A stretch of 64,000 bases of DNA from an uncultured Gemmatimonadales bacterium (lineage in GTDB: Bacteria; Gemmatimonadota; Gemmatimonadetes; Gemmatimonadales; GWC2-71-9): the NCBI GenBank assembly GCA_963826065.1, contig CAWGVP010000002.1, positions 173,055-237,054 of the forward strand. Reading direction: 5' to 3'. Positions within the stretch are counted from its first letter, which is position 1. Each line of letters begins with the position of its first letter. Below are positions 31,553-44,458 of the stretch, piece after piece. A program made the position numbers and the translations under genes. The notes beneath the pieces were generated by a model that did not search any database, was not told the origin of the DNA, and saw only the letters and a program-made list of their open reading frames with translations.

Positions 31553-32404
31553 TCAGCCTTTCGGGTAGGGGTAGAAGCCCCGCCCCGACTTCTTGCCGAG
31601 GTCGCCGGCCGCGACCATGCGGCGCAGCAGCGGGCAGGCCCGGTACTTGTCGTCGCCCAGGCCCTTGTGCAGCACGTCCAGAATCGCGAGGCACACGTCG
31701 AGCCCGATGAAATCGGCCAGGGCGAGCGGGCCCATCGGATGGGCCATGCCCAGCTTCATCACCGTGTCGATCGCCTCCGGGGTGGCCACTCCCTCCATCA
31801 CGCAGAAGATCGCCTCGTTGATCATGGGCAGGAGCACCCGGTTCGACACGAAGCCCGGATAGTCGTGTACCTCCACCGGCGTCTTCCCGAGCGCCCGGGC
31901 GGTCTCCATCACTGTCGTCGTGGTCGCGTCGCTGGTGGCGTGGCCTCGGATCACCTCCACCAGCTGCATCACCGGCACCGGGTTCATGAAGTGCATCCCG
32001 ATCACCTGCTCCGCCCGGCCGGTGCGCGCCGCGATCTCGGTGATCGAGATGGAGCTGGTGTTGGTGGCGAGAATCGCCCTGGGCGCCGCGATCCGGCCGA
32101 GCTGCTCGAAAAGCGCGAACTTCACCGCGGGGTTCTCGCTCGCGGCCTCGACGACGAGGTCGGCATCGGCGGCGGCTTCGAGCGACGTGCCGGTCCTCAG
32201 CCGTGCCAGCACCTGGGCCGGCGCCTCGGGCGCGATGGTGCCCTTCTTCACTTGGCGGTCGAGATTGGCGCGGATGGTCGCGCCGGCCTTCTCCAGCGCG
32301 GCCGGCACCGTGTCCACCAGAGCGACGTCCCACCCGTGCTGGGCGAAGACGTGGGCGATGCCGTTGCCCATGGTGCCGGCGCCGATGACGGCGGCTCGGG
32401 TCAT
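31553..32404 (-). CDS. hbd: 3-hydroxybutyryl-CoA (3-hydroxyacyl-CoA) dehydrogenase
   Basis: [21 protein letters not shown] Rossmann N-terminus. 3HCDH N- and C-terminal domain pattern. Confidence 0.9.
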   Translation of the reverse strand: MTRAAVIGAGTMGNGIAHVFAQHGWDVALVDTVPAALEKAGATIRANLDRQVKKGTIAPEAPAQVLARLRTGTSLEAAADADLVVEAASENPAVKFALFEQLGRIAAPRAILATNTSSISITEIAARTGRAEQVIGMHFMNPVPVMQLVEVIRGHATSDATTTTVMETARALGKTPVEVHDYPGFVSNRVLLPMINEAIFCVMEGVATPEAIDTVMKLGMAHPMGPLALADFIGLDVCLAILDVLHKGLGDDKYRACPLLRRMVAAGDLGKKSGRGFYPYPKG

Positions 32405-33270
32405 GTCGCTTCCTTTCCTGCGGCCCAGCGTCCGGCGACGAGAACCGCGATGGTGAGCGCGAGCGTGGAGGCGAGGCCACCCTCCGGGCCGAACGCGCCG
32501 CCCGTGAGCCACGCCGGATCGCCCGGCACGTAATCGAGAAACGGAATGCGGAACGGCACACCGCTGACCGGGGCGTCGAGCGCGGCAAGCAGCGCGTTCC
32601 AACCCAGGTGCGCGCCCCAGGCCGTCCAGATCCCGCCGGGAGCATAGAAGGCGAGGCCGAGAAAGATGCCCGCCAGGGCGATGTTCCCGATGGCGAGCGC
32701 GGTGACGTTCGGGTTGGCGATGTGTCCGAGGGCGAAGCCCAGGGCGACCAGGACCACCGCCGTGCCGCGGCCCAACGCCTTCCCGAGGAGGATCAGGGGG
32801 ACGCCGCGGAAGATCATCTCCTCGCCCAGCGCCGCGGGCGCGAGCAGCAGCACCGTGTGTCCCACCATGGCGAAGTAGTCAGCGAGCGTCCCCGTATCCC
32901 GGGTCCACGCCGCGCCGCCGGCGAGAGACGCGATCGCGAGACCGGTGACGGCCGCCAGTCCTCCGACCAGCGTGCCTGCCGCGAATCCGGTCCCGCGTGA
33001 CGGCAGCCGGTATCTCAAGTCGGCCAGCGTGAGCTTCAGCACCCGGACCCCGATGAGCCAGGTGAAGAGTCCGGCGCACAGCACCATGGCGACGCCCTGC
33101 AGGAGCAGCGGCCCGGGCCCCGTGCCTCGGAGCCACGCCTCTGACGCCGCCGGCGAGCCGCGGATCACCATCGCGGCGCCGAAGGCGACCAGGCCGACCA
33201 TGATGAAAGTGAGGACGACGAAGGCGATCGACCATCCGATCGCCTTCAGGAGAGAGTACCGGACGGGCAT
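32401..33270 (-). CDS. CPBP-family intramembrane glutamic endopeptidase (CAAX protease-like)
   Basis: EEMIFRG (EExxxR) and FALGH (FxxxH) motifs in a multi-TM protein. Start at MPVRYSLL. Confidence 0.8.
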   Translation of the reverse strand: MPVRYSLLKAIGWSIAFVVLTFIMVGLVAFGAAMVIRGSPAASEAWLRGTGPGPLLLQGVAMVLCAGLFTWLIGVRVLKLTLADLRYRLPSRGTGFAAGTLVGGLAAVTGLAIASLAGGAAWTRDTGTLADYFAMVGHTVLLLAPAALGEEMIFRGVPLILLGKALGRGTAVVLVALGFALGHIANPNVTALAIGNIALAGIFLGLAFYAPGGIWTAWGAHLGWNALLAALDAPVSGVPFRIPFLDYVPGDPAWLTGGAFGPEGGLASTLALTIAVLVAGRWAAGKEAT

Positions 33271-33281
33271 CGAGGGCCCGG

Positions 33282-33854
33282 TCAGAGCAGGGCGCGGAGT
33301 CTTGGCCCGAGGCCCAGGATCACCGCGGCAGCGATGCCGATCTTGAGGAGGTCCCCGGTGAGGAAGGGGACGAAGCCGACCCGCAGGGCCAGGGCGGGAT
33401 CGCCGCCGAGCAGCGCGAGCTGCGCGGTCCCGCCGGCGTGGATCACCGCCATGGCGAGCGCGCAACCCAGGAGCACGCGTCCGAGGCGAGGCGTAGTGCC
33501 CGCGAACAGCCCCGCGACCGCCGCCGCGGCGGGGAACGCGAGCAGATACCCACCGGTGGGCCCCAGCACGTGAATGAACCCTGCCCCGCCCCCGGCGAAC
33601 ACCGGAAGTCCCAACATTCCGAGCGCGAGGTACAGCAGCAGCGCGCCGCCCCCGGCCTGGGCTCCGAGCAGTCCGCCCACCGCGAGCACCGCCAGGGGCT
33701 GGAGCGTCATCGGCACCGGGCTCAGCGGCACCGGCACGGTCACCTGCGCCGAGGCCGCTACCACCAGCGCCCCCGCGCCGATGGCGAAGGCTCGGCGCGC
33801 CGTGGTGGGTCGCTCCGTGGCGGCAAGGGTGTCAAGCTGCCGGCCGGTGTTCAT
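33282..33854 (-). CDS. bioY: Biotin transporter BioY
   Basis: 190 aa, six TM segments. TLQPLAVLAVGGLLG...GPTGGYLLAFP is BioY-like. ATGA overlap with the thiolase stop. Confidence 0.85.
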   Translation of the reverse strand: MNTGRQLDTLAATERPTTARRAFAIGAGALVVAASAQVTVPVPLSPVPMTLQPLAVLAVGGLLGAQAGGGALLLYLALGMLGLPVFAGGGAGFIHVLGPTGGYLLAFPAAAAVAGLFAGTTPRLGRVLLGCALAMAVIHAGGTAQLALLGGDPALALRVGFVPFLTGDLLKIGIAAAVILGLGPRLRALL

Positions 33855-35044
33855 CACAGGATCTCCACGCTCAGGGCCACGGCGTTGCCGCCGCCCAGGC
33901 AAAGGGTGGCCAGGCCGGTCGACCCGCCCCGGTCGCGCAGGGCATACAGCAGGGTGGTGAGCACGCGCGCGCCGCTGGCACCGATGGGATGCCCCAGTGC
34001 AACCGCGCCGCCGTGGACGTTGACGCGGTCCCAATCCCAATTCAGCTCGCGGCCGTCGGCGAGCGCCTGTACCGCGAAGGCCTCGTTCGCCTCGATGAGG
34101 TCGTAGTCCGAGATGCTGGTGCCCGTTCGGCTCATCAGGTTCCGCACCGCGTGCACCGGGGCGAAGAAGATCTCGCGCGGCTCCCCACCGCCGGTGGCGT
34201 AGCCGGTCACGCGCGCGAGCGGCGCGATGCCGTGGGCCTTGGCGAAGGCGAGCGACGCGACCACCAGCGCGCTCGAGCCGTCGTTGAGCCCGGGAGCGTT
34301 TCCCGCCGTCACCGTGCCGCCGTCCTTCCGGAAGGCGGGCTTGAGTCGGGCCAGGGTCTCGGCGCTGGTGTCCTTCCGGGGCGATTCGTCGGCCGCCACC
34401 GTGGTCGGCCCGCCCTTGCCGGGGATCTGTACCGGCAGGATCTCCGCCTTGAACTTGCCGCCCTCCGTCGCCTCGATCGCCTTGCGGTGGCTCTGGTAGG
34501 CGAACCGGTCCTGGTCCTCCCGGCTGACGCCCGCCTTCTCCGCCGTGTACTCGGCGTACTCGCCCATGTGGCAGCAGCCGAACGAGTCCCAGAGGCCGTC
34601 GTGGATCATCCCGTCCACCATCGTCTGATTGCCGGCCTTGATCCCGCCCCGCATCCCGTACACATAGTGCGGCGCGCCGGACATGGACTCCTGACCGCCG
34701 GCGACGATGCAGTCGGCGTCGCCCGCCTTGATGGCTTGCGACGCGAGCATCACGGCCTTGAGGCCGGAGCCGCAGACTTTATTGATGGTGAGGGCGGGAA
34801 CGGCGGGCGGGAGCCCGGCGTGGATCAGGGCCTGGCGCGCGGGGGCCTGCCCCGAGCCGCCCTGCACCACCTGCCCCATGATCACTTCCTCGACCGCGGC
34901 CGGATCCACCTTCGCGCGCGAGACCGCCTCGCGAATGACCATCGCCCCGAGCTGGGGCGCGGTGAAGCCGGAGAGGCCGCCCAGATACTTGCCGATCGGG
35001 GTGCGGACCGCCGACAGAATGACGGGTGTCGTTGCGTCGCTCAC
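33854..35044 (-). CDS. Acetyl-CoA C-acetyltransferase (thiolase II)
   Basis: NKVCGSGLKAV active-site Cys, NEAFA, and C-terminal CLGGGNAVA signature. Confidence 0.95.
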   Translation of the reverse strand: MSDATTPVILSAVRTPIGKYLGGLSGFTAPQLGAMVIREAVSRAKVDPAAVEEVIMGQVVQGGSGQAPARQALIHAGLPPAVPALTINKVCGSGLKAVMLASQAIKAGDADCIVAGGQESMSGAPHYVYGMRGGIKAGNQTMVDGMIHDGLWDSFGCCHMGEYAEYTAEKAGVSREDQDRFAYQSHRKAIEATEGGKFKAEILPVQIPGKGGPTTVAADESPRKDTSAETLARLKPAFRKDGGTVTAGNAPGLNDGSSALVVASLAFAKAHGIAPLARVTGYATGGGEPREIFFAPVHAVRNLMSRTGTSISDYDLIEANEAFAVQALADGRELNWDWDRVNVHGGAVALGHPIGASGARVLTTLLYALRDRGGSTGLATLCLGGGNAVALSVEIL

Positions 35045-35108
35045 GTAATCCTCAAGGTGCGAATCGTGAGCAAGATAGCCGGGGTCCGAGGGGGTGGAAA
35101 GGCGCTAT

Positions 35109-37052
35109 TCACGGGACGAGCGCGCGGCTCCGTACCTCGCGCTCGACCCGGTCGAGGAATGCGGCCACCGGCATGACCTCCTGCTTCTTCCCCGCCCCCC
35201 GGACCCGTAGCGCGAGGCTGTCGCTCTCGGCCTCACGCTGGCCGATCACCGCCATATAGGGCACCTTCTGCATCTCGCCCTCGCGGATCCGGTAGTTGAG
35301 GGTCTCGGTGCGATCGTCCACGTGGACCCGCAGGCCCGCGGCCTTGAGCCGGCGCGCGAGATGGCGTGCCGCATCGGCCTGCGCATCCGAGATCGGGATC
35401 ACCCGGACCTGCTCCGGCGCCAGCCAGACCGGGAACGCACCGGCGAAGTGCTCGATCAGGTTGCCGGTGAAGCGCTCCAGGGTCCCGTAGATCGCACGGT
35501 GGATCATCACCGGCCGGTGGGGCCGGTTGTCGGGGCCGGTGTACTCCAGCTCGAACCGCTCCGGCAGATTGAAGTCGAGCTGGATCGTCGGCCCCTGCCA
35601 TACCCGGCCGATGGCGTCACGGAACTTGATGTCGATCTTCGCCCCGTAGAACGCGCCGCCGCCTTCGTCGATCCGGTAGGGGATCCCCTTCCGCTCCAGC
35701 GCCTGCTTCAGCATCGCCTCGGCGCGATCCCAGATCTCGTCGCTGCCCAGCCGCTCCTCCGGCCGGGTGGAGACCTCGAAATCCAGCTCGAAGCCGAAGG
35801 TGGCCCGCACCAGGCGGTCCACCTGATCGAGGCAAAGGAAAATCTCATCCTCGATCTGCTCCATGGTGCAGAAGATGTGCGCGTCGTCCATGCTGAGGCC
35901 GCGCACGCGGAGCAGGCCGTGGAGCGTGCCCGACTTCTCGTTCCGGTACACGTTGGCGACTTCGCTCAGGCGGATCGGCAGGTCCCGGTAGCTCCGCTGC
36001 TGGCTCTTGTAGATCAGCGCGTGCATCGGGCAGTTCATCGGCTTGACCCGGTAGCGCACGTCTTCCGCCTCGCCCGCGCCGGCCGCCATCGGCGGGTACT
36101 GGTTGGCGGCGTAGAGCGGCAGGTGCCCGGAGATCTTGAACAGCTCTTCCTTGGTCACGTTGGGCGTGTAGACCAGGTCGTAGCCGTTGGCGACGTTGTC
36201 GTCCTCGACCGCGCGGGAGAGGAGCCACTTGATCGTGGCGCCGCGCGGATGCCAGAGCACCAGTCCCGGACCGATGACGTCGGAGATGGAGAAGAGATCG
36301 AGCTGCCGGCCGAGCACCCGATGGTCGCGCTTCCGGGCCTCCTCCAGCCGGTGAACGTACGCTTCGAGGTCCTCCTTCTTGAACCACGCCGTGCCGTAGA
36401 TCCGCTGGAGCATCTGCCGCTTCTCGTCGCCCCGCCAGTAGGCGCCCGCGGCATGCAGCAGCTTGAAGTGCTTGAGACGGCCCGTCCGGGGAACGTGCGG
36501 CCCGCGGCACAGGTCGGTGAACGGGCCGTCGGTGTAGACCGTGATCGTCTCGTCGTCGCCCAGCTCGCTGATCCGCTCCAGCTTCAGCGGATCGTCGGCG
36601 AATCGTCGATTGGCGGTCTCGCGGTCCACCACCTCGCGGACGAAGGGATAGTCCGCCTGGACCACCTGGCCCATGCGCCCCTCGATCCGTTCGAGGTCTT
36701 CGGGCGTAAACGGTCGCGGCACTTCGAAGTCGTAGTAGAAGCCGTCTTCGATCGGCGGGCCGAATCCGATGCCGGCACCGGGAAAAATCTCCCGCACCGC
36801 CGTCGCCAGGATGTGCGCCGCCGAATGTCGCAGCACCTCGAGCGCCTCGGGATCCTTGTCGGTCAGGATCGCCAGGGACACATCGCTCTCGATGGGCCGA
36901 TCGAGGTCCCGGACGGCGCCGTCCACCCGCGCGGCCACGGCGGCGCGCGCCAGTCCCGGGCCGATGCTCTCGGCCACCGTCCCCGCGGTGGTGCCCCGCT
37001 CGACCTCCCGGACGCTGCCGTCCGGCAGCGTCACCTTGATCCGGTCGCTCAC
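35109..37052 (-). CDS. thrS: Threonine--tRNA ligase
   Basis: 647 aa from GTG (GGAGGTGGA upstream). TGS domain (IKVTLPDGSV), class II core and C-terminal anticodon-binding domain. Confidence 0.95.
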   Translation of the reverse strand: MSDRIKVTLPDGSVREVERGTTAGTVAESIGPGLARAAVAARVDGAVRDLDRPIESDVSLAILTDKDPEALEVLRHSAAHILATAVREIFPGAGIGFGPPIEDGFYYDFEVPRPFTPEDLERIEGRMGQVVQADYPFVREVVDRETANRRFADDPLKLERISELGDDETITVYTDGPFTDLCRGPHVPRTGRLKHFKLLHAAGAYWRGDEKRQMLQRIYGTAWFKKEDLEAYVHRLEEARKRDHRVLGRQLDLFSISDVIGPGLVLWHPRGATIKWLLSRAVEDDNVANGYDLVYTPNVTKEELFKISGHLPLYAANQYPPMAAGAGEAEDVRYRVKPMNCPMHALIYKSQQRSYRDLPIRLSEVANVYRNEKSGTLHGLLRVRGLSMDDAHIFCTMEQIEDEIFLCLDQVDRLVRATFGFELDFEVSTRPEERLGSDEIWDRAEAMLKQALERKGIPYRIDEGGGAFYGAKIDIKFRDAIGRVWQGPTIQLDFNLPERFELEYTGPDNRPHRPVMIHRAIYGTLERFTGNLIEHFAGAFPVWLAPEQVRVIPISDAQADAARHLARRLKAAGLRVHVDDRTETLNYRIREGEMQKVPYMAVIGQREAESDSLALRVRGAGKKQEVMPVAAFLDRVEREVRSRALVP

Positions 37053-37198
37053 TCCACCTCCACCGCCGGCGGGGCGGCAGGGGGGCTGGACGGCGCGAAC
37101 CAGAAGTAGAGCGCGACGCCGAGGAGAATCAGCGCGGCGACCATGAGCCAGCGGCCCCGGTCGGGGCCGCGAGAGAGGGGGGTGGAGCGATCGTCCAT
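37049..37198 (-). CDS. Possible 49-aa single-TM leader ORF coupled to thrS
   Basis: MDDRSTPLSRGPDRGRWLMVAALILLGVALYFWFAPSSPPAAPPAVEVE. Its TGA overlaps the thrS GTG (GTGA). Below the 60-aa cutoff of the ORF track. Confidence 0.35.
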   Translation of the reverse strand: MDDRSTPLSRGPDRGRWLMVAALILLGVALYFWFAPSSPPAAPPAVEVE

Positions 37199-37245
37199 TT
37201 TCAGCAGCCCTGGCGAGCGAGGATTCCCTGCGCGTGAGAGACGAC

Positions 37246-37262
37246 GCGGTTAACTTAACCGC
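37246..37262. promoter_or_regulatory. Perfect 17-bp palindrome GCGGTTAA-C-TTAACCGC in the divergent thrS / valS control region
   Basis: Seen directly. Lies in the 94-nt gap between the 49-aa ORF start (37198) and the BON gene start (37293). Confidence 0.45.
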
Positions 37263-37292
37263 ATCGAGAATTCTTCCGTAAGAGGACTTCGC

Positions 37293-37723
37293 GTGCGCCA
37301 GGACGACGAGCTGAGCGGAGGAGAAGTGGTCCTGTGGACGGCGCTCGGCGTCGGCGGCGGCCTGCTCGCGGCCATCGCGCTGAGCGAGTGGATCGGCGAG
37401 GTGAATGCCGGTCGCGTCCGCCGGGTGGCCGACAAGCTCCGCGAGAACGAGCCGACCCGCCTCACCGCGTCCGCCGCGGTGCGGGCGGTGGAGGTGGCGC
37501 TGGCCGCCGACCCCCGCCTCGCGGGGCTCACCATCGGGGCCAGGGCGGTGGGCCGGGGCGCGGTGGAGCTGCGCGGGTGGGTGCCCGCCCGGAGCGTTCG
37601 CACCATCGCCGGCCGGACGGCCCTCGCGGTGCCCGGCATCGAGAGCGTGATCAACAGCATCCTCGTGCGCGGGGAGGACGACCGATCCTCGCCGGACCGA
37701 CCTCGGGCGGCCGACCAGAGCGC

Positions 37724-37727
<4 letters not shown>
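37293..37727 (+). CDS. BON-domain membrane-anchored protein
   Basis: One TM segment (VVLWTALGVGGGLLAAIAL), then AVRAVEVALAADPRLAGLTIGARAVGRGAVELRGWVPARSV...VPGIESVINSILV. ATGA overlap with the valS start. Confidence 0.7.
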
Positions 37728-40507
<2,780 letters not shown>

Positions 40508-40524
40508 GAGGGACAGCGGCCCTC

Positions 40525-41904
40525 ATGGGCCTGGTCGGCCGGGCCTTCACTGCCCCGCTGGGCCTGCTGCCCCTGCTGATCCTCGCTTGCGCCCGCATGG
40601 AGCCGCCTCCCGGCGGCCCGCCGGATGCCGCGCCGCCCCAGCTGATCCGCGTCAGCCCGGATTCCTTTGCCACGCTCCCCGATTTCGGTGACGAAGTCGA
40701 GTTCGTGTTCGACGAGGTCGTCTCGGAGGGCGGCTCGCCCAACCAGGGCACCGGAACCGGCGATCTCGAGCGCCTCATCATCCTGTCGCCCACGCGGGAG
40801 GTTCCCAACGTCCGGTGGCGGCGCAACCGGATCACCGTGCGGCCCGATGAAGGATGGCAGCCCGACCGCGTGTATCGGGTGGAACTGCTGCCGGGGGTCA
40901 CCGACCTCCAGCGCAACCGGCTGGAGCGGGGCGCGCTCGTCACCTTCAGCACCGGGGCGCCTCGCCCCCAGACCACATTCGATGGAACCGTGATGGATTG
41001 GGGGTCGGGCCGGCCTGCCCCGGCGGCGCTGATCGTCGCGACCCGAATGCCGGACAGCCTTCCCTACCGCGGCCTGGCGGACTCGTCGGGCAGGTTCCGC
41101 CTCGGTCCGCTCCCGGCCGGCGAGTACCTGGTCAGCGGAGTGCTCGACGAGAACCGGAACAATCTCGCCGACCTCCGCGAGGCGTTCGACAGCGTCCGGG
41201 TCTCGCGGGGGCGCGACAGCACGGTGGAGCTGTGGGCATTCGTGCACGATACCAGCCCGCCCCGCATCCGGGCGGTCACTCCGACCGACAGCATGTCGGC
41301 CGCCGTCGAATTCACTCAATCGCTCGACCCCCGGCAGCGGCTCGGCCCGTCGGCAGTCCGGGTCTCGCTGCTTCCTGATTCGACACCGGTGCCGATCGCC
41401 TCGCTGCTACCGCGTCCGACGGATGACAGCCTGCACGCGAAGCGACAGTCCCCGGTGGATTCCGCGCGGGCCGACACGGGCGTCGTGCCCCGGAAGCCAG
41501 CCGCCCCGCGACAGCCGCCACCCGCCAAACCGCCGGCCGCCAAACCGCCGGCCGCGAAGCCACCGGCGGCGGCCAAGCCGCCGGCTGCGCAGCCGCGGGC
41601 GCGTCCCGGCGCCGCCGAGCGACCGGGTGGGCGCCCGCCACTCACCGAGCAGATGGTGCTACGGCCCGCGCGACCCTGGCGGCCCAACACCAGGTATTTC
41701 GTCGAGATTCGTGGCGTCAGGAACGTGACCGGCGTCACCGGGGACGTCGTCGGCACGCTCGTGATTCCGGAGCGGCCCCCTCGCGACACCCTCACCACGC
41801 CCGCCGACTCTCTCAGGCCGGGGGCGGACACCACGCGTGCCGCCCGAGACTCGGTGCCTGGAGCCCGGCGCGCGCCGGCCAAGCCGGCTCCGACCAAACC
41901 CTGA
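40525..41904 (+). CDS. Ig-like (SbsA_Ig/Big_5-like) domain lipoprotein with a Pro/Ala/Lys repeat linker
   Basis: Lipobox LLILAC. PPQLIRVSPDSFATLPDF...VEFVFDE is typical of Ig-like lipoproteins. Confidence 0.7.
   Translation: MGLVGRAFTAPLGLLPLLILACARMEPPPGGPPDAAPPQLIRVSPDSFATLPDFGDEVEFVFDEVVSEGGSPNQGTGTGDLERLIILSPTREVPNVRWRRNRITVRPDEGWQPDRVYRVELLPGVTDLQRNRLERGALVTFSTGAPRPQTTFDGTVMDWGSGRPAPAALIVATRMPDSLPYRGLADSSGRFRLGPLPAGEYLVSGVLDENRNNLADLREAFDSVRVSRGRDSTVELWAFVHDTSPPRIRAVTPTDSMSAAVEFTQSLDPRQRLGPSAVRVSLLPDSTPVPIASLLPRPTDDSLHAKRQSPVDSARADTGVVPRKPAAPRQPPPAKPPAAKPPAAKPPAAAKPPAAQPRARPGAAERPGGRPPLTEQMVLRPARPWRPNTRYFVEIRGVRNVTGVTGDVVGTLVIPERPPRDTLTTPADSLRPGADTTRAARDSVPGARRAPAKPAPTKP
41515..41592 (+). 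repeat. Tandem 15-nt coding repeats, (PPAAK)n
   Basis: ccgccggccgccaaa-type units repeated about 5 times (PPAKPPAAKPPAAKPPAAAKPPAA). Confidence 0.6.
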
Positions 41905-43262
41905 TGGGCGACCGGCGGCGTCAGCTTCCGTCGGTGGACCGGTTGCTGCTCGAACCGGAGATCCGTGCACTGCTCCAGACCGCCCCGCGGATCGCCGTGG
42001 TCGACGCCGTGCGTGAGTCATTGGCTGCCGCACGGTCCCGGCGGGCCGGCCCACCCGAAAGCTGGGCCATCGACGTACGTGAACGGCTGTCCGACCGCGC
42101 CAGATCCAGCCTCCGCCCCGTGCTCAACGCCACCGGCGTGGTGCTCCATACCAACCTCGGCCGTGCCCCGCTCGCGCCGGAGGCGGTGGCAGCCATGACC
42201 CAGGTGGCCGCGGGCTACAGCAACCTGGAATTCGATCTCGACACCGGCATCCGGGGTAGCCGGAGCGATCATTGCCGTGAGCCCTTGCGTGCCGCCACCG
42301 GCGCCGAGGATGCCCTCGCGGTGAACAACGCGGCGGGCGCGCTCCTGCTCGCGCTGGGCGCGCTCGCCGGCGGACGGGAGGTCCTGATCTCCCGCGGGGA
42401 GCTGATCGAGATCGGCGGGTCGTTCCGCATCCCGGATATCCTGGTCCAGAGCGGCGCCCGCCTCCGGGAGGTCGGCACCACCAACCGCACCCACCTGGGG
42501 GACTACCGCAAGGCGCTCGACGGTGACGTGGCGGCCGTGCTCACCGTGCATCGATCCAATTTCGAACAGCGCGGGTTCGTCACCACGCCCGACTATGGCG
42601 ACCTCGCCGCGCTCTGCGGGGAGGCCGCCATCCCCTACCTGGTGGATGTCGGCAGCGGCCTTCTCGCCGATCTCTCCCCATGGGGTCTCCGCGGCGAGCC
42701 CCGGGTCGGCGACGCGCTGGACGCGGGGGCCGATCTGGTCCTCTTCAGCGGCGACAAGCTGCTCGGCGGACCCCAGGCGGGCTGTCTCGTTGGCGGCAAG
42801 TCCGCAGTCGCTCGTTGCCGCGAGCATCCCATCGCCCGCGCGGTCCGCGCCGACAAGATGACCCTCGCCGGCCTCGAAGCGACGCTGGCGCTCTATCGCG
42901 ACCCCGAAGCGGCGATCCGGGCTATTCCCGTGCTGCGGATGCTCACGCTTCAGCCGGAGGAGCTGCAGCGCCGAGCCGCCGGGCTCGCCGCGCTATGCCC
43001 CCGCAGTCTCGTTCCTACGCTCCAGCCCGGGGAGTCGGCGGTCGGCGGCGGCTCGTTCCCAGGCGCGGCGCTGCCGACGACCCTGGTTGCCCTCGATGCC
43101 GGCAACCTGGGGCCCGACGGCCTCGCGCTTCGGCTCAGGGTTGGCGATCCGGCGGTGGTGGCCCGTGTGGCAGGCGACCGGGTGCTGCTCGATCCGCGGA
43201 CCATTCCCGAAGAGAGCTTTTCGGCGGTGGGTGCGGCCCTCGCCGGGGCGCTCCGCGAGTGA
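41904..43262 (+). CDS. selA: L-seryl-tRNA(Sec) selenium transferase
   Basis: Colinear with E. coli SelA motifs as I recall them: LPSVDRLL, LRPVLNATGVVLHTNLGRAPL, EFDLDTG.RGSR, SRGELIEIGGSFRIPD, FSGDKLLGGPQAG, RADKMTLAGLEATL. Confidence 0.9.
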   Translation: MGDRRRQLPSVDRLLLEPEIRALLQTAPRIAVVDAVRESLAAARSRRAGPPESWAIDVRERLSDRARSSLRPVLNATGVVLHTNLGRAPLAPEAVAAMTQVAAGYSNLEFDLDTGIRGSRSDHCREPLRAATGAEDALAVNNAAGALLLALGALAGGREVLISRGELIEIGGSFRIPDILVQSGARLREVGTTNRTHLGDYRKALDGDVAAVLTVHRSNFEQRGFVTTPDYGDLAALCGEAAIPYLVDVGSGLLADLSPWGLRGEPRVGDALDAGADLVLFSGDKLLGGPQAGCLVGGKSAVARCREHPIARAVRADKMTLAGLEATLALYRDPEAAIRAIPVLRMLTLQPEELQRRAAGLAALCPRSLVPTLQPGESAVGGGSFPGAALPTTLVALDAGNLGPDGLALRLRVGDPAVVARVAGDRVLLDPRTIPEESFSAVGAALAGALRE

Positions 43263-43798
43263 GCGATCGGCCGGCGGTCTTCCTCGACCGCGACGGCACC
43301 ATCATCGAGGACCCCGGTTACGTCGCTGATCCTGCCGCGGTTCGGCTCCTGCCGCGGGCCGCGCTGGCCATCGCCCGACTGAATCACGCCGATCTCCCGG
43401 CCATCGTCGTGACGAACCAGTCCGGCATCGCGCGAGGCCTGGTGGACGAGGCGGGGTACGCCGCCACCGCCCGGCGGCTGGACGAGCTGCTCGCCGCCTC
43501 AGGCGCGCGCCTCGATGGGCACTACCACTGCCCCCATCACCCCGATTTCACGGGCGCGTGCGACTGCCGGAAGCCAGGCCCCCTGCTCTACCGCCGGGCC
43601 GCGGCCGATCACGGTCTGGATCTCGCGCGCAGCTGGTGGGTCGGCGACAGGCTGCGCGACGTGTTACCGGCGGAGCGCTTCAAGGGAAAGGGATTACTGA
43701 TCGGACGGCCCCGGCCCGAAGACCTTCCGGGCCTGGCGCGAGGACGCTTTCCGAGGGTCCGCGACCTTTCGGCCGCGGTCGACATCATCCTCAAATGA
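43259..43798 (+). CDS. gmhB: D-glycero-beta-D-manno-heptose-1,7-bisphosphate 7-phosphatase (HAD-IIIA)
   Basis: FLDRDGTI, VTNQSGIARG, CPHHP...CDCRKP zinc-site pattern. GTGA overlap with the selA stop. Confidence 0.85.
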   Translation: MSDRPAVFLDRDGTIIEDPGYVADPAAVRLLPRAALAIARLNHADLPAIVVTNQSGIARGLVDEAGYAATARRLDELLAASGARLDGHYHCPHHPDFTGACDCRKPGPLLYRRAAADHGLDLARSWWVGDRLRDVLPAERFKGKGLLIGRPRPEDLPGLARGRFPRVRDLSAAVDIILK

Positions 43799-43842
43799 AT
43801 CGCGCTGCCCCGCCGACCCGCTCCCCATTAGCTTCTCCCCCC

Positions 43843-44448
43843 ATGTCGATGCACGTGGCCGTGGCCGCCTCGGGACGCGGCAGCAATCTCGAGGCGCTAC
43901 TGGGTGCGCTCGGACCAGGGGCCCCAGCACAGGTGGTGCTGGTGTTGAGCGATCGCCCCGACGCCCCGGCCCTGACGCGCGCGGCCGATCGGGGAGTTCC
44001 CGGTATCACACTCCAGGACTCTTCCAACGCCGGGGAGTGGCTCCAGGCGCTCGAGGGACACGCCGTGGACCTCCTGGTCCTCGCGGGCTATCTCAGGCTG
44101 GTGCCCGCCGACGTCATCGCCCACTTTCGGGGCCGCATCATCAACATCCATCCTGCCCTGTTGCCCGCGTTCGGCGGCAAGGGCATGTACGGCAGGCGAG
44201 TCCACCAGGCGGTGCTGGCGAGCGGCGCGCGGGAGAGCGGGGCCACCGTGCATCTGGTGGACGAGGTCTACGACCGCGGTCCGGTCCTCGGCCAGGCCAG
44301 GGTTCCCGTCCTCCCGGGCGACGACGCGGAGAGTCTCGCCGCCCGGGTGCTGAAGGTCGAGCACCGCCTGCTTCCGGCGGCGGTGCTTGCCGCGGCCGCC
44401 GCGGGCCGACCGGTGCCGTTTCACGAACCAGTGGAGTCTCACCCGTGA
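43843..44448 (+). CDS. purN: Phosphoribosylglycinamide formyltransferase
   Basis: SGRGSNLEAL and INIHPALLPAFGG motifs. Confidence 0.92.
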   Translation: MSMHVAVAASGRGSNLEALLGALGPGAPAQVVLVLSDRPDAPALTRAADRGVPGITLQDSSNAGEWLQALEGHAVDLLVLAGYLRLVPADVIAHFRGRIINIHPALLPAFGGKGMYGRRVHQAVLASGARESGATVHLVDEVYDRGPVLGQARVPVLPGDDAESLAARVLKVEHRLLPAAVLAAAAAGRPVPFHEPVESHP

Positions 44449-44458
44449 CAGGTACGTC

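Noticed and set aside
41904-43262. Search for a selenoprotein gene (in-frame TGA plus SECIS) or tRNA-Sec next to selA.
   Set aside because: Neighbouring ORFs are continuous without in-frame TGA. No TCA-anticodon, long-variable-arm tRNA was seen in the window. A negative by eye is not conclusive.
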